A DNA stretch of 7,914 bases from Azolla caroliniana (Eukaryota > Plantae > Polypodiophyta), in NCBI GenBank assembly GCA_043228905.1, contig JBHGNT010001470.1:1-7914 (forward strand), written 5' to 3'. The first letter of the stretch is position 1. Each line of letters starts with the position of its first letter. The position numbers and the translations under genes were made by a program. The notes beneath the pieces were generated by a model, which saw only the letters and a program-made list of their open reading frames with translations, was not told the origin of the DNA and searched no databases. Positions 6,717 to 7,914 of the stretch are shown here, piece by piece.

Positions 6717-7914
6717 ATGTCTAGACCAAACGATGACCACATCACCGAACGAGGGAGACGATACACCGAACGAGAGCAACGACGGGAAGCCCTGCAGCAA
6801 GCCGTCGACGAGATCCGGCGAGATCGGTCATTCTCCAGAACTCTTCGGAGAGTCGCAGAAGAAGCACTGCAGTTCCGGGTTCTGCAAGTCCCCGACGAAG
6901 GCAGTAGCATAACAAGCCTGCAAGAGGCGGAAACGATACTACAGACGCTCGCCGGGGGCGACGGGGACTCGGAAGCATTCGCAACACTTGAGGCGGAGTC
7001 GGAAAGCGACGGAAGCGTTGCGTCCCGGTATAAAAGCAGCCACGACACACCAAACGACCCGGGGGAAGAGGGGTCGGAAGACTCAGTAACACCGGAGCCA
7101 GAGGAAGAAATAACCTTGGAGTTCAGTGACCGGCAATCGCCAAGGGAGGCTGACCGGATACCGACAACACCCGCGAAGGAACCGAAGGAGCGGATACCGA
7201 CAACACCCGCGAAGGAACCGAAGGAGCAGATACCGACAACACCCGCAGAGGAACCAAAGGACCGGATACCGGCACCAACCGCGGAGGAACCAAAGGTTCT
7301 CACACCAACGCCAACAACGGACAGAGAGCGGAGAAAGCAGGAGAGTCAGTTGGACGACACGATGCCGTACCCATACCCAAAGTACCGGGATGAGCCGACG
7401 CGGAGGCGCACGTGTACGCATTCCTCCAAACATGGGAAGCCAACCATGTCTCCCAAAGACTGACGGAGCCCGAAGCCAAACTATCCAAAGTCGCCGAATT
7501 CGGCATGACCTTAGAAGGACCGGCGGCCCGATGGCACGCAAAGCACTTACCGGGCAGCTTTGCCACATTCGATGCCTTGAAGGCCAAATTCCTCAGGCTT
7601 TTTCACAGACAAGTTGAGCAAAGGGAATTGGTCGGGCAGTTCTACACCACCCGGCAGGAAGAAAACGAGACTGTGCCACAATTCATCATTCGGTTTCAGA
7701 CCCTGCACAACCAACTGACGAGAGCACCACCCGAAGACGAAGCCAAAGCAGTCTTTTTGGCCGCGCTGAAAGAGCCACTTCGAACAATGTGCGGAGTCCT
7801 TGATTTCCACACCAGCACAATGGACCAAGTTATTGATTGGGTCTTAGAAATGGACAAGACTAGCTCCTTCTTGTCGATGGGGACGTTACACCGGGCACTC
7901 CCGAAGGAGGAAGA
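6717..7914 (+). pseudogene. gag: Gypsy gag (acidic/Pro-rich N-terminal extension plus retrotransposon Gag capsid-like domain) with one frameshift at ~7394-7396, 3' partial
   Basis: ORF from ATG 6717 in frame +3 to ...MPYPYPKYRDE, then frame +2 open from 7394 to the window end: DAEAHVYAFLQTWEAN...KVAEFGMTLEGPAARWHAKHLPGSFATFDALKAKFLRLFHR...RQEENETVPQFIIRFQTL...AKAVFLAALKEPLR. LxGxAxxW, FxxLKxxFL and QxxxExVxxFxxRF are Retrotrans_gag motifs. Confidence 0.9.
7155..7298 (+). repeat. In-frame 36-bp tandem repeat (4 copies) in gag
   Basis: Units start at 7155, 7191, 7227 and 7263 and encode RIPTTPAKEPKE, RIPTTPAKEPKE, QIPTTPAEEPKD and RIPAPTAEEPKV. Confidence 0.95.

Larger units (their letters stand above)
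6274..7914 (+). mobile_element. Ty3/Gypsy LTR retrotransposon B, 5' portion (LTR, PBS, gag), continuing beyond the window
   Basis: Copia RNase H homology ends abruptly at ~6273 and is followed by an LTR-like segment with a TATA box, a PBS and a retrotransposon gag reading frame. Confidence 0.88.

Noticed and set aside
7385-7400. Programmed -1 ribosomal frameshift
   Set aside because: There is no X XXY YYZ slippery heptamer, and the shift lies at the start of the capsid-like domain rather than at a gag-pol boundary.
6665-7828. Overlapping ORFs 6665-7303(-), 6742-7092(-), 7083-7568(-), 7126-7617(+), 7300-7587(-), 7547-7828(-)
   Set aside because: These are alternative-frame or antisense shadows of the GC-rich, repeat-containing gag. 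Only frames +3 then +2 carry Gag motifs.

Overview
Eukaryotic, plant-like (probably bryophyte-like, which is inference) repeat-rich DNA with no intact host gene. The window is a nest of transposable elements four levels deep. (1) An old, internally deleted Ty3/Gypsy-type element on the + strand (LTR-like region with TATA box and CT microsatellite, PBS-like site at 1881, degenerate integrase 1968-2424) is preceded by a ~163-bp tandem array (1-815). (2) A Ty1/Copia element on the - strand interrupts that integrase at 2425 (3' LTR 2425-5837, PPT, degenerate RNase H to ~6273). (3) A ~2.8-kb DNA element with 33-bp TIRs (2837-5661) sits in the Copia LTR. (4) Inside it is a TA-flanked 1.3-kb near-spacerless palindrome (3710-5020) built from smaller palindromes. 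A second, apparently younger Gypsy element (LTR ~6274-6664, PBS, frameshifted gag with 36-bp repeats) interrupts the Copia RNase H and runs off the right edge. All alignments and counts were done by eye and no database search was run.
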